Source of the DNA: Camelus dromedarius
Lineage: Eukaryota
NCBI RefSeq assembly: GCF_036321535.1
Contig: NC_087457.1
Location: 33,542,001-33,606,000 of the forward strand
Length of the DNA stretch: 64,000 nt
Direction of reading: 5' to 3'
The first letter of the stretch is position 1. Every line of letters starts with the position of its first letter. The notes under the pieces were generated by a model, which was not told the DNA's origin, did no database searches, and worked only from the letters and a program-made list of their open reading frames with translations. The translations under genes and the position numbers were made by a program. This document shows positions 39,635 to 52,055 of the stretch, in pieces.

Positions 39635-42467
39635 GTTTTCTTGTTTTTAACCTCGCACCTGTCCCTGGTATCACGGAACATTCCGTGCACGAGGAAACAG
39701 TCTGAATCACAAAGCTGCTGCTCAGAAGTGGCTGTTGTTGGTCATCTCTCAACATCGCACAGTTCCCTTTCTTGTGTGTGTTCTTAGTGAGGTCCTCTCA
39801 CTTTGCAAATACTTTGGTTTGTAAAGTATGTCCAAAGACAAGGAACAGGCCAGCTCAGAGATGCATTCACCAGGTACCTTGTCCTTGGTTGAGCCAGTCA
39901 GAGCTCCCGGCTGCGCTCATGAAGGGACAGGAAAGGCAGCTGCCCGGGTCGCAGCTGCTCCCGTCACCTCACTAGTGGTCTGAGATGTGCGAGGAGGCTG
40001 GGCTGGAGGAGCCCCAGGGAGGTCCAGCCGCGTGTCACGAGCGCCTCCGGGAACATCTGCTGCTCCTAGATGGTAACTGTTGAGCCTCTGTGAGATGTCA
40101 GTTCCTGGCCCTGCTGGGTCGTCCCCGCCGACCGTGATGACCGCGGGAGACTGGCTTGCCTGGAGGACTCCTGCCATTGACTTCCTTTAGGCATCCGTGA
40201 ATTAAATTTCTCATCAGTGTATTTGTTATCACTTTATTTTTTGAGTGCAGAAAAAAAAGAGGTAATTTTCTCTTACTGAAACAATGAGGCTAAGCTGTCC
40301 TTAGGACACATCTTGTGTGGTGGCTGCAATGGGTAGCTCGCTGCTGATGCGGGTGAAGGTGAAGCAGCCCTGTTCCCGAGGCACCAGTGGGAGTTACCAG
40401 TGCTGCTCCCTCTGTTAGGGTGAGGAGGGCGTTAAAATCGGTGGTGAGAGCTCATCTACTCAGGTGTCTTCACGCCGTGATCCTCGGTCCCATAGCTGCC
40501 CACTGACCACACGACTATCATTTCTTTTCTCTTTTCCAATGCATCGTGCTTTCAGCCAAGGGCCGTATTTTTTCTTCCTCCCCTCCCCTCCTCAAAAGAA
40601 TCCTTGTGAGTCGATGGCAAATTTTAAACTTGGCACTTGACCCTGGGCTATTTTCTAGAAAGTCTGACTTGCAAGTCAACTGTCAGCTAGAGGGGAAGGC
40701 ACAGAATTTCTTGACTCAGTCTAAAAATAAACTCACCTCTAGGTGTTCTGAGACCCCATTTTCCCTCTTCCTGACACTGTGACCTACAAACGGTGATGCT
40801 GCTGAAGTTTTACTTTTGTGACTACTTAGAATACACAGTAGCACTAAAAGAACAGTCAGCTTCTGTGTTATAAAATGTCTATTATGTACCTGTTTATTAT
40901 ATATGTTTTGCTATGCATTAAATATATTCATATATAACAATTGTTAAATTATTAAAAACACATTTTGACTCACCATTATTCACTGGATAATTTTGAAGTA
41001 TCAGTGGGATGATAGATAATAATTCAGTTGGGAGTATTTTAGGGTTAAATATCAGCTTTGATTTCAAAAACAGTAAGTCTGTGTATGATCTTATGAAACA
41101 GGTATATGTGTTTCACTAACAAACAGGATTTTATTTTGCTATATAAAAAATATTTTGCTAGGTGCCATTGAAAATAGGCCAAACTATGGCATGCCAAAAA
41201 ATGGTCCTGAAAACGGAAGGTTCGTAGACGGTGTTACCATCTGTGCTGCCCTTCCGTAGGCTTTGTGTGCTTACCCCCGGTTCTCAGTCATAGGCATCGT
41301 CTGCTATCAGCACAAGTCAGTGCTTGAGCACAAGCACGCAGTTCCTGCTGCCCGTTGAGAACTCAGGGCACATCTTCCTTCTGGTGACTTCCCGTGTTCA
41401 GCGGAGTAGGATAGTGCATTCTGTTTGGCAGGTGGTCAGCACAGTTGTGGGCTGAATGTATGCTTTATTTTAGTCTGAGTGTTGTCTTAATTGCCTCTTC
41501 AATGCTTATGTTTCCAGTTGTATTTCTTTTTTATTTTCCTTTTGTTCCACCCGTTGGCTTCTTTATACAATGAAAGATTAATATGTAGGATTGGATTCCT
41601 TTTTAATTAAATGCTTGGAGAGTTACTTCTTTGGGATATTCCAAAATCTGTTGGAGGAATTTGCCACATTAGAGACCACTTTTCGTGCTGGAGGTCCAGA
41701 GTCCCCGTGACTTACTAAAATCTAAATTTCCTGCCCACGGTGAGTGCAGAGCCACTGAAGGCTTGGCTTGATTGCTGTCTTGTCAAAATTATGTGAGGAA
41801 GTCTCTCAAGGGTGTGAAGTGAAACACCAGGGTCATTGACAGTTACCTACAGCAAACGGTCTGAAGTCGTGTGTGGGACTTACATTTCAGGAGCATTTCG
41901 CATCACCCTGTGAGAAATCCCAAAAAGCTGGGGAAGTTAGGGAGGAAGACAGTGACTCTGTTACCATACTTGGGTTTTTACGACTGTGGAAACAGAGATG
42001 AGCTAAATGATTTTAGTTCTGCCAATTTTTACTCTTTCAAGTGAATGTAGAAATAAAAATCAGAACATCATGAGTACATGTGAGTTTTAGAGACTTAATC
42101 TATCAAGAATTTTGAGCGTTGAAGGAAGAGTGTTCTAGCTCACTTGTGAGTATTCTCCGTCATTTCTCTGATAACCTTTGGTGTTATGAAAATGTACAGA
42201 TCGAGAAAGTCCATAGTGTGAGACAGCCCGCTTCTGTCTGGAGTCCTCTTCCTCATGATGGAAATGCAGAGAACGCCCTCACCTGGAAGTCCCTCCTCAC
42301 CTGTATGTTACATTGTGGGGCTACCCTTGCTTCTAACGAGCAGGGAGCCCTTCCTTCTCCTGAGCTCACACAGCCCATTGAGTCAACTTTTACAGATGTA
42401 TTACAGATCATATGGTAAAGTTTGCATATGTGTTTGGGCCTGAGTATACATTGAGTAGTGAAGCAAA

Positions 42468-42660
42468 CTCTTTTTTTTTTTTTTTAAAAACAACTTTATT
42501 TTGGTCTCATTTCAGTTGGTACCAATGAAACCACCACCACCACCAAGATGCCTGCCGTTTCCGTCACTCTCCAAGAGGCGCCAATTTCAAACTCCCACTT
42601 TATCCCTTCCCACCCCTTTACCCCCGGTAACTGCAAGTCTGTCTCTATGTCTGTGAAACA
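42468..42660 (-). mobile_element. L1M 3' fragment, antisense
   Basis: Poly-T, caactttatt...accaccaccaccaagat...cccggtaactgcaagtctgtctctatgtctgtg. Confidence 0.6.
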
Positions 42661-44129
42661 GACTCATTTCTGACTTTCAAGGAAGTCATGATTTATTAGG
42701 GAATCCCAACTGTTAAAAGAGGTAAATGATTTAATGCATTCATATTACAGAATAGCAACCATTATTCAGGTTACAAGTAGGAGGTGCTGTGATGGGGAAG
42801 AACGGGACGAGGAGAGCTTGCTTAGACAAATTGACCCTTAGTGTGGGAATGATGAGAAAAAACTAGCCTTAGAGATGCTTATGGGGAAAAAAAAACTGGA
42901 TGCTCGTGGGGCAGAAGAGAAAGTGGGTACATTGTTAATAACGACATGAACAATGTGACTGTCCGGTGGACACATCCTTTGGCTCCTTCATCACTGGATG
43001 TTGGGAACATTGACTTGAAGAATCACAGCTTTACTTTTCTACTGTTCTGTAACTTACTTAGCTTTGATTTTGATGTATTAAAATATTAGGGGCATGTTTT
43101 TATCTCAGGAAAGGAGAGTAAATTTATCTTTTAGTTGCTTTCCTTGACAATTGGAAAACTTGGGATGTGCTGTAGTCTTTTTAGGTAGCCCTCGTTTTTA
43201 GAGAACCCCATATTGCCTTATGAAGGGTGTCTTTTGCTGCGAAGGTTTAAGCGTTAGTGCTTTTTACCCCTGCTCCTCATGGCCATTACAGGGCATCAGG
43301 TGCTGCTGTTCTGTGTCTGTGGGCGTGAGGAATGGAATGCCAGGTTTACAACAACGTGATACATGGAGTCAGCCCACTTGAATACCATTAGTGTCATGCT
43401 CTGTCTTCTTGTCTTAAGGCAAGCTATATTTTCAGTAAAAAAAAATGACACGGTAATTCAGAATATTTTCATTAGATTTTTGTAGGATTTTAGACATTTA
43501 AAAATCCTAATAAAGTTTGCAGTAAGCTATGCAGTGTTTTCCTTTCTTAAACAGCTTACATATCAATTTAATGAAAATCAATACTGCCTGGAACAGGGCG
43601 GAATTTTACAATAGCTACTTGAAATACACTAAAGCATTCAAGTGTCATATATACTCTTAGGATGCAAATAAGCCTCCTACTCAATGCAAATTTTATGAAC
43701 TTTGCAATGTTCTTTTTCTTTAAATTTAACACCTATTGAATATATATTTTTCATAAACACCTTAGAAACCAGATTTTTTTTACTGTGTACATTTAAATTT
43801 GGCTTTGATAAGCAGTTCCTTGAAGGATTGAGGTGGTTGTTGTGCTCCTTAAAGCAGTTAAGGACAGGTATTAAATGTTTTATTCTTAAAATATATTCAT
43901 ACCAATTTATTTAGTTTGAATAAAATGTTGGCCCCTTAGGTGTTTAAAGACTCATGCACATTAAATCTATTATAAATATTTGGTGTCGACTCTCCAAAGA
44001 TGCTTTAGAATAGACGAGTAACGGGAGATGGAGATCAGTCTTTATCAAGCATGGACTGCCGCAGCTACGGTTTACGGAGAAGGACGTCTGTGTCCAGCCA
44101 AATTGTCACGACTCTGAAACAGTACATTA

Positions 44130-44250
44130 TTCCCATCTTATGGGTGAAGAAACTAGTCCTTTGAGGGATTGACTGTTTAACCCATGATTACACGGAAGGA
44201 AGTTAGTAACTGACAAAATCAGCATCCATCCAGGTCTTGCTTCACTTAAA
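44130..44250 (-). mobile_element. MIR
   Basis: attattcccatcttatgggtgaagaaactag...attacacggaaggaagttagtaac. Confidence 0.55.
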
Positions 44251-44665
44251 GGGCGTGTAGTTCCCATGACTGCGTAAGGCTAACATTGTAATGTAAGATT
44301 TCATAATTCATTCATAGAAACTGATCCTAATGTTATATCATACCTCACAAACGAGATGCTTTCTCATGTGAATTATTTCATATGATGGAAACTTAGTCAT
44401 TTATTTTTTCTTTATTTCATTTAAATAGTCTTCTATATAAAGTAGCCCAAAGCATAATCTGAATTTCTGCATTCACAATGAAATGGAAAAAAAATGGGGA
44501 GAGACGTGAATAATCAGTCTTCCAGGGCTGGGACTGCATCTGACGCACTGTATTTCACCTACGTAAGGCACTCATTTTTCTTAGTGAAAAGCAGCAGCAT
44601 GCCAGATTAATAACTCTTGAGTCATGAGGCTCATGTTCATAGGAAAATGTTACATTTGTACTCAC

Positions 44666-44705
44666 CCTGGAGCTAAAGTAAAGGAAGGAATTTTGCTGTA
44701 TTTTG
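44666..44705 (-). other. Candidate 40-nt exon (minus strand)
   Basis: Minus strand: tttattttggttattttcag | CAAAATACAG...GCTCCAGG | gtgagt. Confidence 0.25.
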
Positions 44706-44869
44706 CTGAAAATAACCAAAATAAATGTAGAATGTATTTCCTGAGTTGATCAACCACAAATTTGCATGAATTTCGCCCAGTGCAAAGGTGCCTTGTTGGT
44801 CGTGAGACAGGAATTTGCAAACAGTGTGTAGGGAGTTTGGAGGGGTTTGGGGTTGAACTGAGAGAAAGG

Positions 44870-45670
44870 TCTGACCGCGAGACGCCGGAACACACAGCAG
44901 GCTTTAGAGGTCGATGCCCAGGCCAGGGTGCATGGGAGGGACGTGGGCAGAGGGGGGCCCCACGGCAGCGGCGAGGGGGGAGCGTGCGAGGCGCGGTGGC
45001 GGCATCGGCCAGCCAGGCGCCGGGGGGCCCGGGGGCTGCGGGCCCAGCCGGGGCGGGGCGGGGCGGCTTCTCCCGCGGCCTCGCCCCGCTGCTGCGGATG
45101 GTCCTCTTCTCGCTGTGTCCGCACGCGGCCTGCGCTCTGTGTGTCCGGGTGCTGGTCTCCCCTTCCTCTGAGGACCCGGGTTCTTACAAGATTGCATGCA
45201 GTCCTAAAGTTACATAATTTAAAATGCATAACTTCTTCAGAGATCCTGTCTCCAAATGTAGTCACACCGTGAGGTGCTACTCGGGTTGGGGCTGCAGTGC
45301 ACGGGTTTCGGAGGGACACGACGCAGCCCCGAACAGGGCCTTACGCCGCCCGGCCTCTTACCAACGGGCAGCAGCTGTCGGGTGCGGATTTGCAGAGTGT
45401 GCAAAGCGCGCGGGCTCTGAATGGCTAAAAATGTGCTAGTTTGGGCTATTTTAAAAATAATTGATTGTGTAAAAAATGGAGTTTGGTATCAGTGGGCTTT
45501 TGAGCTCAGAGTGCTCAGCCCGCAGTGAGGAAATGAAGGGCGCGCCGCCGCCGCAGAGGCCGGCTTCGCGCGCTCAGGCAGCGCGGCCCGTCCGCCCCGG
45601 CCCTGCAGGGCGGCCCCTCTCACTCATGCCTCCGAGGCTGGCCCCTCAGGGAGCTCCGGTCCTCTTTAAT
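44870..45670. promoter_or_regulatory. CpG island 2 (patchy, partly MLT1-derived)
   Basis: Dense CpG at 44870-45130 and 45300-45660 with AT-rich gaps; triple GGGGCGGGGC at ~45050-45066. Confidence 0.7.
45010..45335 (-). mobile_element. MLT1A/B-like LTR, strongly GC-converted
   Basis: Colinear with the 29561-29951 copy: ggcggggcggcttctcccgcggcctcgcccc vs ggcgggttggttcccccgaggcctctcccc; ctccaaatgtagtcacaccgtgaggtgc vs ctccaaataccatcacattctgagatac; ends cagccccgaaca. Confidence 0.8.
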
Positions 45671-46861
45671 TTTTTTCTCTTGCTGCTTATTGGTGAAACA
45701 GCCTTCCCCTGTTCTCCGATACCCACTTCAGACGTCTTGTTGAAAGCAGGTGCATCCAGACTTGGTATTTGACTGGGATTACCCTTACCTCAATTTTGAA
45801 TAACTGTATGAAGTTTTAAATAAAACTGCATACTTCATTAAACTCACGTTTACATCTGGCTTAGTTGCTGATGCTGCTCTGCAACTTGCCCCGACTTTCT
45901 CAACATTCCCTTTCGTTGGTGGTCCCCTAGTCTTCAGCATCGTTCTGTACTGGGTCGTGGCACCTGCCACATGGTAGCATAACCGTTGTTTAGGTGTGTT
46001 TCCCTCAACCTCTGAGCTACGTCTAATGACAGACTGTGGTCTCTGCATCTAATACCGTTTCGCAGCAGGTACCCTAACACATAATAGGTACATATAAAAT
46101 ACTACTAAGCTATTTAATGAATAGAATGAAGAGGTTCCCAAGATAAGACACAGTGGTAGCCAGTCCACACTGACGACTACGTGCCTTCCCAGAGCTTCTG
46201 TTGTAAATTACAGAGACAGAGAATGGCATATAAAGTATCATCTGCCTTCTGAGTATGGGGAGTAGTGCTTAAGGATGAAAAACCACCATGAAAATGAAAG
46301 GTAAATTGTTTCTACCTAGAGGGTGCGGTTTGTAATGAACAGGTCAGCATTTGTGCTACTTGCTCTGTTGAGAGCTAGCTCTGTTTTTGGTCCGGCTGGC
46401 TGTCGCGGTGGAGGAGGGGACGCTTTCTACTTGTCTAAGTTGAAAAATAAGAGCAGCAGCACATCCTGAGACATGAACAGTGCAGTCACCCAAGAGCCTC
46501 CAGCCGGTGCCTCAGTTTCCACAGTGAGACTGTGAAGAGGTTGCAGATATGAGGTCTGATTCCTTTATTAGGTAATAGAGACTGGATTTGGGCACTTGAG
46601 GTTTCCCTTTTTATGAAACAGGACATCTGCTAGTTTTACGATTTGAAAACTAAGAAAACCAAGATTTGTAACAGTTGATGGAGTCAGGTGGTCTCAGGGG
46701 CCAACTGCTGAGTCGGACTTGGTGTCGGTTTTCTGACTTCGTAACTCCTGCTCTCTCCTGTGCAGTAAGTCCTACACGTGCCTGACCGTGGCCGTCGTCC
46801 TGGGCGTTAAACACGCATGTGATCACCCTTCCTTCTGGGATGTGGATCCATCCTCCAGGAT

Positions 46862-47155
46862 GGTATTTCGGACTGAATGTTTGTGTCCAGAACCCACATG
46901 CTGAAGCTCCAGCACGGTTGTCTTTGGAGATGAGGCCTCTGTGGGAGTAATTAAGGTTATATAAGGTCTTGAGGGTGGGGCCTTGATTCGATAGGGGGAG
47001 TGCCCTCCTAAGGAGAGCCCCCAGAGGGCTCTCCAGCTGTCTTCGTGAGCTTGTGTGCCTGCCCACGAGAAGGTTCTCCAGCCTAACAAGGGTCCCGGCT
47101 GACTGTTACGATCACTCAAGTTTAAGAAATTCTTGAGCTCAGACTTCCAGCATCG
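46862..47155 (+). mobile_element. MLT1A/B-like LTR
   Basis: ggactgaatgtttgtgtcc...tttggagatgaggcctctgtgggagtaattaagg...gagggtggggcc...cagacttccagc. Confidence 0.75.
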
Positions 47156-48615
47156 GCAAAGCCTGGGAACCACAGATGTCAGAATTTCCCAAACTCGAGA
47201 GAGCATAAGAAACAGACCCCCTGAACAAAAAGTCTGTTTTCGAGAGCAGTCCATCATAGGAAAACAATGCTTATCCAATATTCTCTATCTGAAGTTAAGA
47301 ATAAGTATCTTTTTAAATTAAAATGTGTGTTTTCAAAAAAAAATGTATATGTTTTCACCAGTGTACCAAGTTCATTTATTGTGCCCAAGAAAACAAAATC
47401 GTATGTTTCTCCAACTGTAGAGTTACCCAGTATGCGTGCAAGTATCTTCCTTTTACTCCACTGTTCTTGTTTTATTTCTTTTACATTCTCCACTGACCAC
47501 GAATGTATTTAAATAATATACTGACTTGATGTGAGTCTTCAGATTCTTTAGAAAGCGAGTTTCTCTGGAAGCAAACGATACTGTAGCTCAGCTATTTCAT
47601 CCTTCTTCCTGGGTCTGAAAGGCTCAGTCTGTTTAACTGGCATAGTTTTTCAAGGTGATCACAAATACAATGAAAACATCACAGGTGGTATTTGGGGTTT
47701 TGTGTTTAAATTAACAGCTCTCTAGTAGCTTTGAAGTCGGCCACTTTCTCTGTTCTTTTAAAAATAGTCATTCTGTATACACCAGGAGACAGAGACTCAC
47801 CGGTTTTCAGCAAGTGCTGATTTGTGTTCGCCCTTGTTTTGAAAAGGGCAGAAGCCTGCGTGAGTCCCCGCCAGCCTCTTTATTCCGCTGTGTCTGAGGG
47901 CACTCGATGCTGAATATTCACAGCCCTGGGACCATGGCCCTTAGCTGGCTGCCCAGAGAATTCACGCTTTAGTTCAGTACAAGTTAGAAATGGGGTCAGT
48001 ACACGGACTGGAACCTCTTGGAGGCTTACTGTGCAGGAAAAAATAATTCACAAACTCTTGAGAACTTGCTAAATTCCGTGTGGATACTCAGGATATTTGC
48101 ACCTGGAACTCATCGGTGGGGGTGGAGCCGGCCAGACTGCAGGATGGCGCTGAGAACAGAGACTCCAGGAGAGGAGGCAAACTAAGGAGGGGCCTCGTGG
48201 AATAAAGGGCACTTACCTAAGGAAATGTTCCTTAGAGAGTTTGTGGTATAATCTCCTCACCATGAAAGAGGAGGGAGGGCGGCTCATGGCGGGGGCGGGA
48301 CTGGCCTGCGATCATGAGGGTGGTCAGCGTCTGCTCGTTCATGAGACATGGAGTCTCTTCCCTCGGCCCTTTGTACAGAGCTTGCTTTGAAACAACTCAC
48401 ATGTTCTCATTTTCTCCTGGAGGACTGCAAGGATCGTCTGGGGAATGTTGAAGAGTGGAGATTTAGTACTTCCAGGAACCTGTATCAGGCGCTCCGCACA
48501 CAAACCCTGCTGGGAGAAAAGAGCTGGTTCATTGCCTACCAGAGCCATCCATGTGTTTGGGGGCAACTTGCCTTTCCTCTGTTTTAAGTGGTGTATCTGT
48601 CAGAAGTTCAATGAT

Positions 48616-48818
48616 AGATTCTCTTCTGTCCTGTAGTTCCAGATAGCTCCCACGTAGACGTTGGAGATGTTAGACTCAGACTGCTGGTGTCTGAATCCCT
48701 CCCCTCCTTCCCAAAGAAGCCCTTCATCACGAAGGAAACAGACACACAGGAAATTCGGTCCCACTGTAGTCCATGTTGACAGTGCTCCAGGCGCCCTTGG
48801 ATCAATGGGTCTGCCCCT
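48616..48818 (+). repeat. 203-bp direct duplication, copy 1
   Basis: Identical to 50684-50886 except one T/C (ttcatcac vs ttcaccac). Confidence 0.97.
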
Positions 48819-50454
48819 AATTGTTTCTAATAATTAGGTTAAATATTGGATGAAAGTAACTTGGAACAGGGCTTAGAAAGCCTGCAGAAGTGCTGACCAC
48901 TGCTTGTGTTAATTTCTGTGATGGTTCTTACTCGCTGAGTGAGCTTTGGTCCCCGATCAACCCTGTCCACAGGCCAAAGGGTCCTCAAAATTCATGTCCT
49001 TAGTGTCTACGTAAAGAGGAGAGACTGAAAAAAGAGACCTAGATGGACACACTTGATGGAAGTCAAATGTACAACTATTCTAGACATCTTACGTCACTAC
49101 TCAGACAAGTTCTTGGCCTAGTCCCCTCCCACAGAGGGCTTGGTATGCATCCGGCCAAGATGGCTAGACTAGGGCATGTCTGCCTTTGCTCTTCCGCCTT
49201 GGGTCCTCCTGACCACCATCCTCCCCGTGTTTCTGTGTGAGTTTCTCTGAGTCGGGGGAGTATCCCCTTGGCTGAGGTTTGCTGCGAATCTCTAGGATTT
49301 CGCTTCATTTCTTCCATCACTTGAATTCTCCTAGACAAGCTATTGATGATTCTCCTCCACTTTTCAAGTTTTTTCTCTTTTTCTCTTGCCTTATTTCCCG
49401 CTGTCCTCTTGTGACGTTGAACTCTCTCTTCTCATATCTCTGGGATCATGACTTCACAGCTAACTTCTCTCATCCAGATAACACCAAGGTGCAAGGATGC
49501 CATGCTGCCTGGCATCTTCCCTCTCGCCAGCTTTGCACAATGGGGAAGGCCGTTGCTCTTCCTGTGCAGCTGGTTTAGCAGAGACAGAGAGGAGAAAAAC
49601 CACGCAGAAGCAGCAGGGCTCCCCAGGCTTGACTGTGCTGCTCTCCCTCAGACCCCAGCGAAGTCACCGTGAAATTCAGGCTCATTCTCACGGTTGACCT
49701 TTCAGCTGTCCTGTGGGATTTACCCCCTGGTGTGCTTCGTGCTGTTTAGATATTTTCTTCAAGACAGAGATGCTCCTGAAAGCTTCCAGAAAGCTCTGCA
49801 TTTTTTTAAAGGAAAGTAAAAGTTAATATTTTTAAATAGTTGACATATCATGACTCACTGTTTTGACATCGCACTAAAATAATTTATGAGTGTTTTACAT
49901 CTTTACATTTAAATACATCTGATACCTCTTTGAAGCAGCTGAAAACTGTTCCAGACGCAGCACCAGCTGGCCTGTGAACAAGGATTATTCTCTTGGGATG
50001 GGGAGAGAGGACATTTCTCAACCCTCTGCTTCATTTATTTATAAAAAGATGGTGTGACACTCACTTTCCTTGTTCTTTTATATACAGTAGAATCCAGCTT
50101 GCAGATTTATAGGGCTTGGGTGATTTTGTTTAAAAAAAGAAAAGATATTACTGAATTAAATTCTAGAATAAAACTTTTTATCTTAGTTTACTGGCATTTA
50201 ATTAGGTTCTTTTGATTGTGGAGCATAGCAGAGGATGATACGTTTAAAATCATTAGCACTGGTATTGGAACGAACTAGATGTCCCACTTACACAATCTTG
50301 TAGCTTCCTTGAAGGCAAAACATTGTATTCATCTTTATTTCACCCCAGAGCGTCTAGCAAAGCGAGACACACAGCTGATGAAAAAATAAACATTTGCTAA
50401 TGAACTGTGTTTAAGCAGTGTCAGAGATACTCTAAAGGACACCTCCCAGGAACC

Positions 50455-50476
50455 AAAAAAAAAAAAAAAAAAAAAA
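50455..50476 (+). repeat. Poly(A) tract (22 A) followed by CAAA units
   Basis: Directly visible. Confidence 0.95.
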
Positions 50477-50683
50477 CAAACAAAACTGTTTCCTTTTCTG
50501 CTGCCTCTTCAATCTGCGGTTTCGCAGTTTCCATGCCCCCTCTTTTCTAGACAGCTCTCCGTCTCCAGATGTTCCTTTCACGGAGAGAGTGCTGGTTGCT
50601 GTATGTTGACTGAGAAGAGTTCAGTTCTGTCTTGAGTGTCCTCGCTCTTGTCAAGCCCATATGTGCTCCTTCCTGCCAAGACC

Positions 50684-50886
50684 AGATTCTCTTCTGTCCT
50701 GTAGTTCCAGATAGCTCCCACGTAGACGTTGGAGATGTTAGACTCAGACTGCTGGTGTCTGAATCCCTCCCCTCCTTCCCAAAGAAGCCCTTCACCACGA
50801 AGGAAACAGACACACAGGAAATTCGGTCCCACTGTAGTCCATGTTGACAGTGCTCCAGGCGCCCTTGGATCAATGGGTCTGCCCCT
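50684..50886 (+). repeat. 203-bp direct duplication, copy 2
   Basis: See copy 1; offset 2068 bp. Confidence 0.97.
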
Positions 50887-51094
50887 CAGCTAGAAAATAC
50901 CTTTTTCCCTTCTGCCCAGTGAATGCGCATCCTGCTTCCATTGCTCTGCTTGGGTCCGCTTCTGTGGAACGTTCTTGTTTATTTCAGTTGGAAATAGACA
51001 TTTCCTCCAATGGCCCTCGGCCACTGTTGACACCCTGTATCTCCATGTATGGTAGTTAAACATCGGTATTGCCTCCCCCTCCGCCCCCCGCCCC

Positions 51095-51365
51095 CAGCAC
51101 TGGCATGAGCTTCTTGAGGGTAAGAATCTCATCTCATACTTCATTGTAATCTGTAGCCAGAGTGAGGCACATTTGATGGTGCCAGCAAGTACTTGATAAC
51201 GTGTACAGAACAAATACATTTGAGCATATGTGTGTATAGCACTGGTGTTATCCGAAGGGAAGAACTTGTGAACAGAGCAGAGGACTTCATTAAACAACTG
51301 TTCTTGACTGAGGTGTCTGCTGAGCTAGAATTTGAAGAGCGATAGGTTTTTATAAGAAACAGATG
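51095..51365. mobile_element. L2 fragments
   Basis: catgagcttcttgagggtaagaatctc (L2 3' end, sense) and ttgactgaggtgtctgctgagctagaatttgaagag (antisense L2 body). Confidence 0.45.
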
Positions 51366-51944
51366 ATCCACTGAGTTAAATTTTACATGGGTATCTGCCA
51401 GCAAGGGTTCCTGTATTGGTTAGATAATGAACAAATGGGTAATGAACAAATGGCGGTGATTTCTTTCCGAAAAATTGCAGAAATTTGGAGTCATGTAAAA
51501 GTTTAGTCTTAGGAAATTTATGGCAGTGTAAGAAAATAAAAACGAATCACAGTACGAAAATCAGTGTTGTTAAATCATTACGTATATCCTTGTAAAGTGG
51601 CAAGATTTGATGAGAATAGCTTTGAAACGTATTGTTAGGATTCAATCAATCAAGAGATTCCTATTTAGAAACAAAAGGTACTTGATCATTTCTTTCCATA
51701 CATTTTAAGGATGGAAGAACTACCTAAAAGACAGAAGTTGAACGTTCCCTTATTTATCTTACAGAGTTATCGTTCTTACAAATATCAGACATGATTTTCT
51801 TTCTTAATTAAAAAGATATGCAGTTAAGCTGTAAATTAGAATTTGCCCTTTTAAAAAGTCATAAGTGTTTATAGTTCTTCGTGTCTAAAATGGTTAAGTT
51901 TTCTGCATTTTGAAGAAAAGGGAGAAGCTTACCTTATTATTTAG

Positions 51945-52055
51945 TGGAGGTAGGCTTTGTAAATGGGATTGCTTGATCATATGATAGTTATGTTATTAAT
52001 TTTTTTGAGGAACTGCCATACTGTTTTCCATAAACTACCATACTGTTGTCCATAT
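51945..52055 (-). mobile_element. L1 fragment, antisense, with 22-bp tandem duplication
   Basis: gggattgcttgatcatatgatagttatgtt...ttttttgaggaactgccatactgttttccata; unit repeated at 52011-52032 and 52033-52054. Confidence 0.75.

Noticed and set aside
44750-45439. Cluster of overlapping 71-189 aa ORFs on both strands
   Set aside because: Stop-codon depletion in a GC-converted LTR/CpG island; low-complexity products.
48945-48962. tttggtccccgatcaacc resembles miR-133-3p
   Set aside because: Only the first 10 nt match; no complementary 5p arm or hairpin upstream.
50578-51297. 240-codon minus frame interrupted by a single TAG (50890-50892), overlapping the duplicated unit
   Set aside because: No recognisable homology, 5' part overlaps L2 remnants, and a rough estimate gives a few such two-ORF runs by chance in six frames of 64 kb.
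51250-51345. Plus-frame peptide IRREELVNRAEDFIKQLF with a superficial NOS-like ring
   Set aside because: No splice sites, flanked by stops, and the DNA matches antisense L2.
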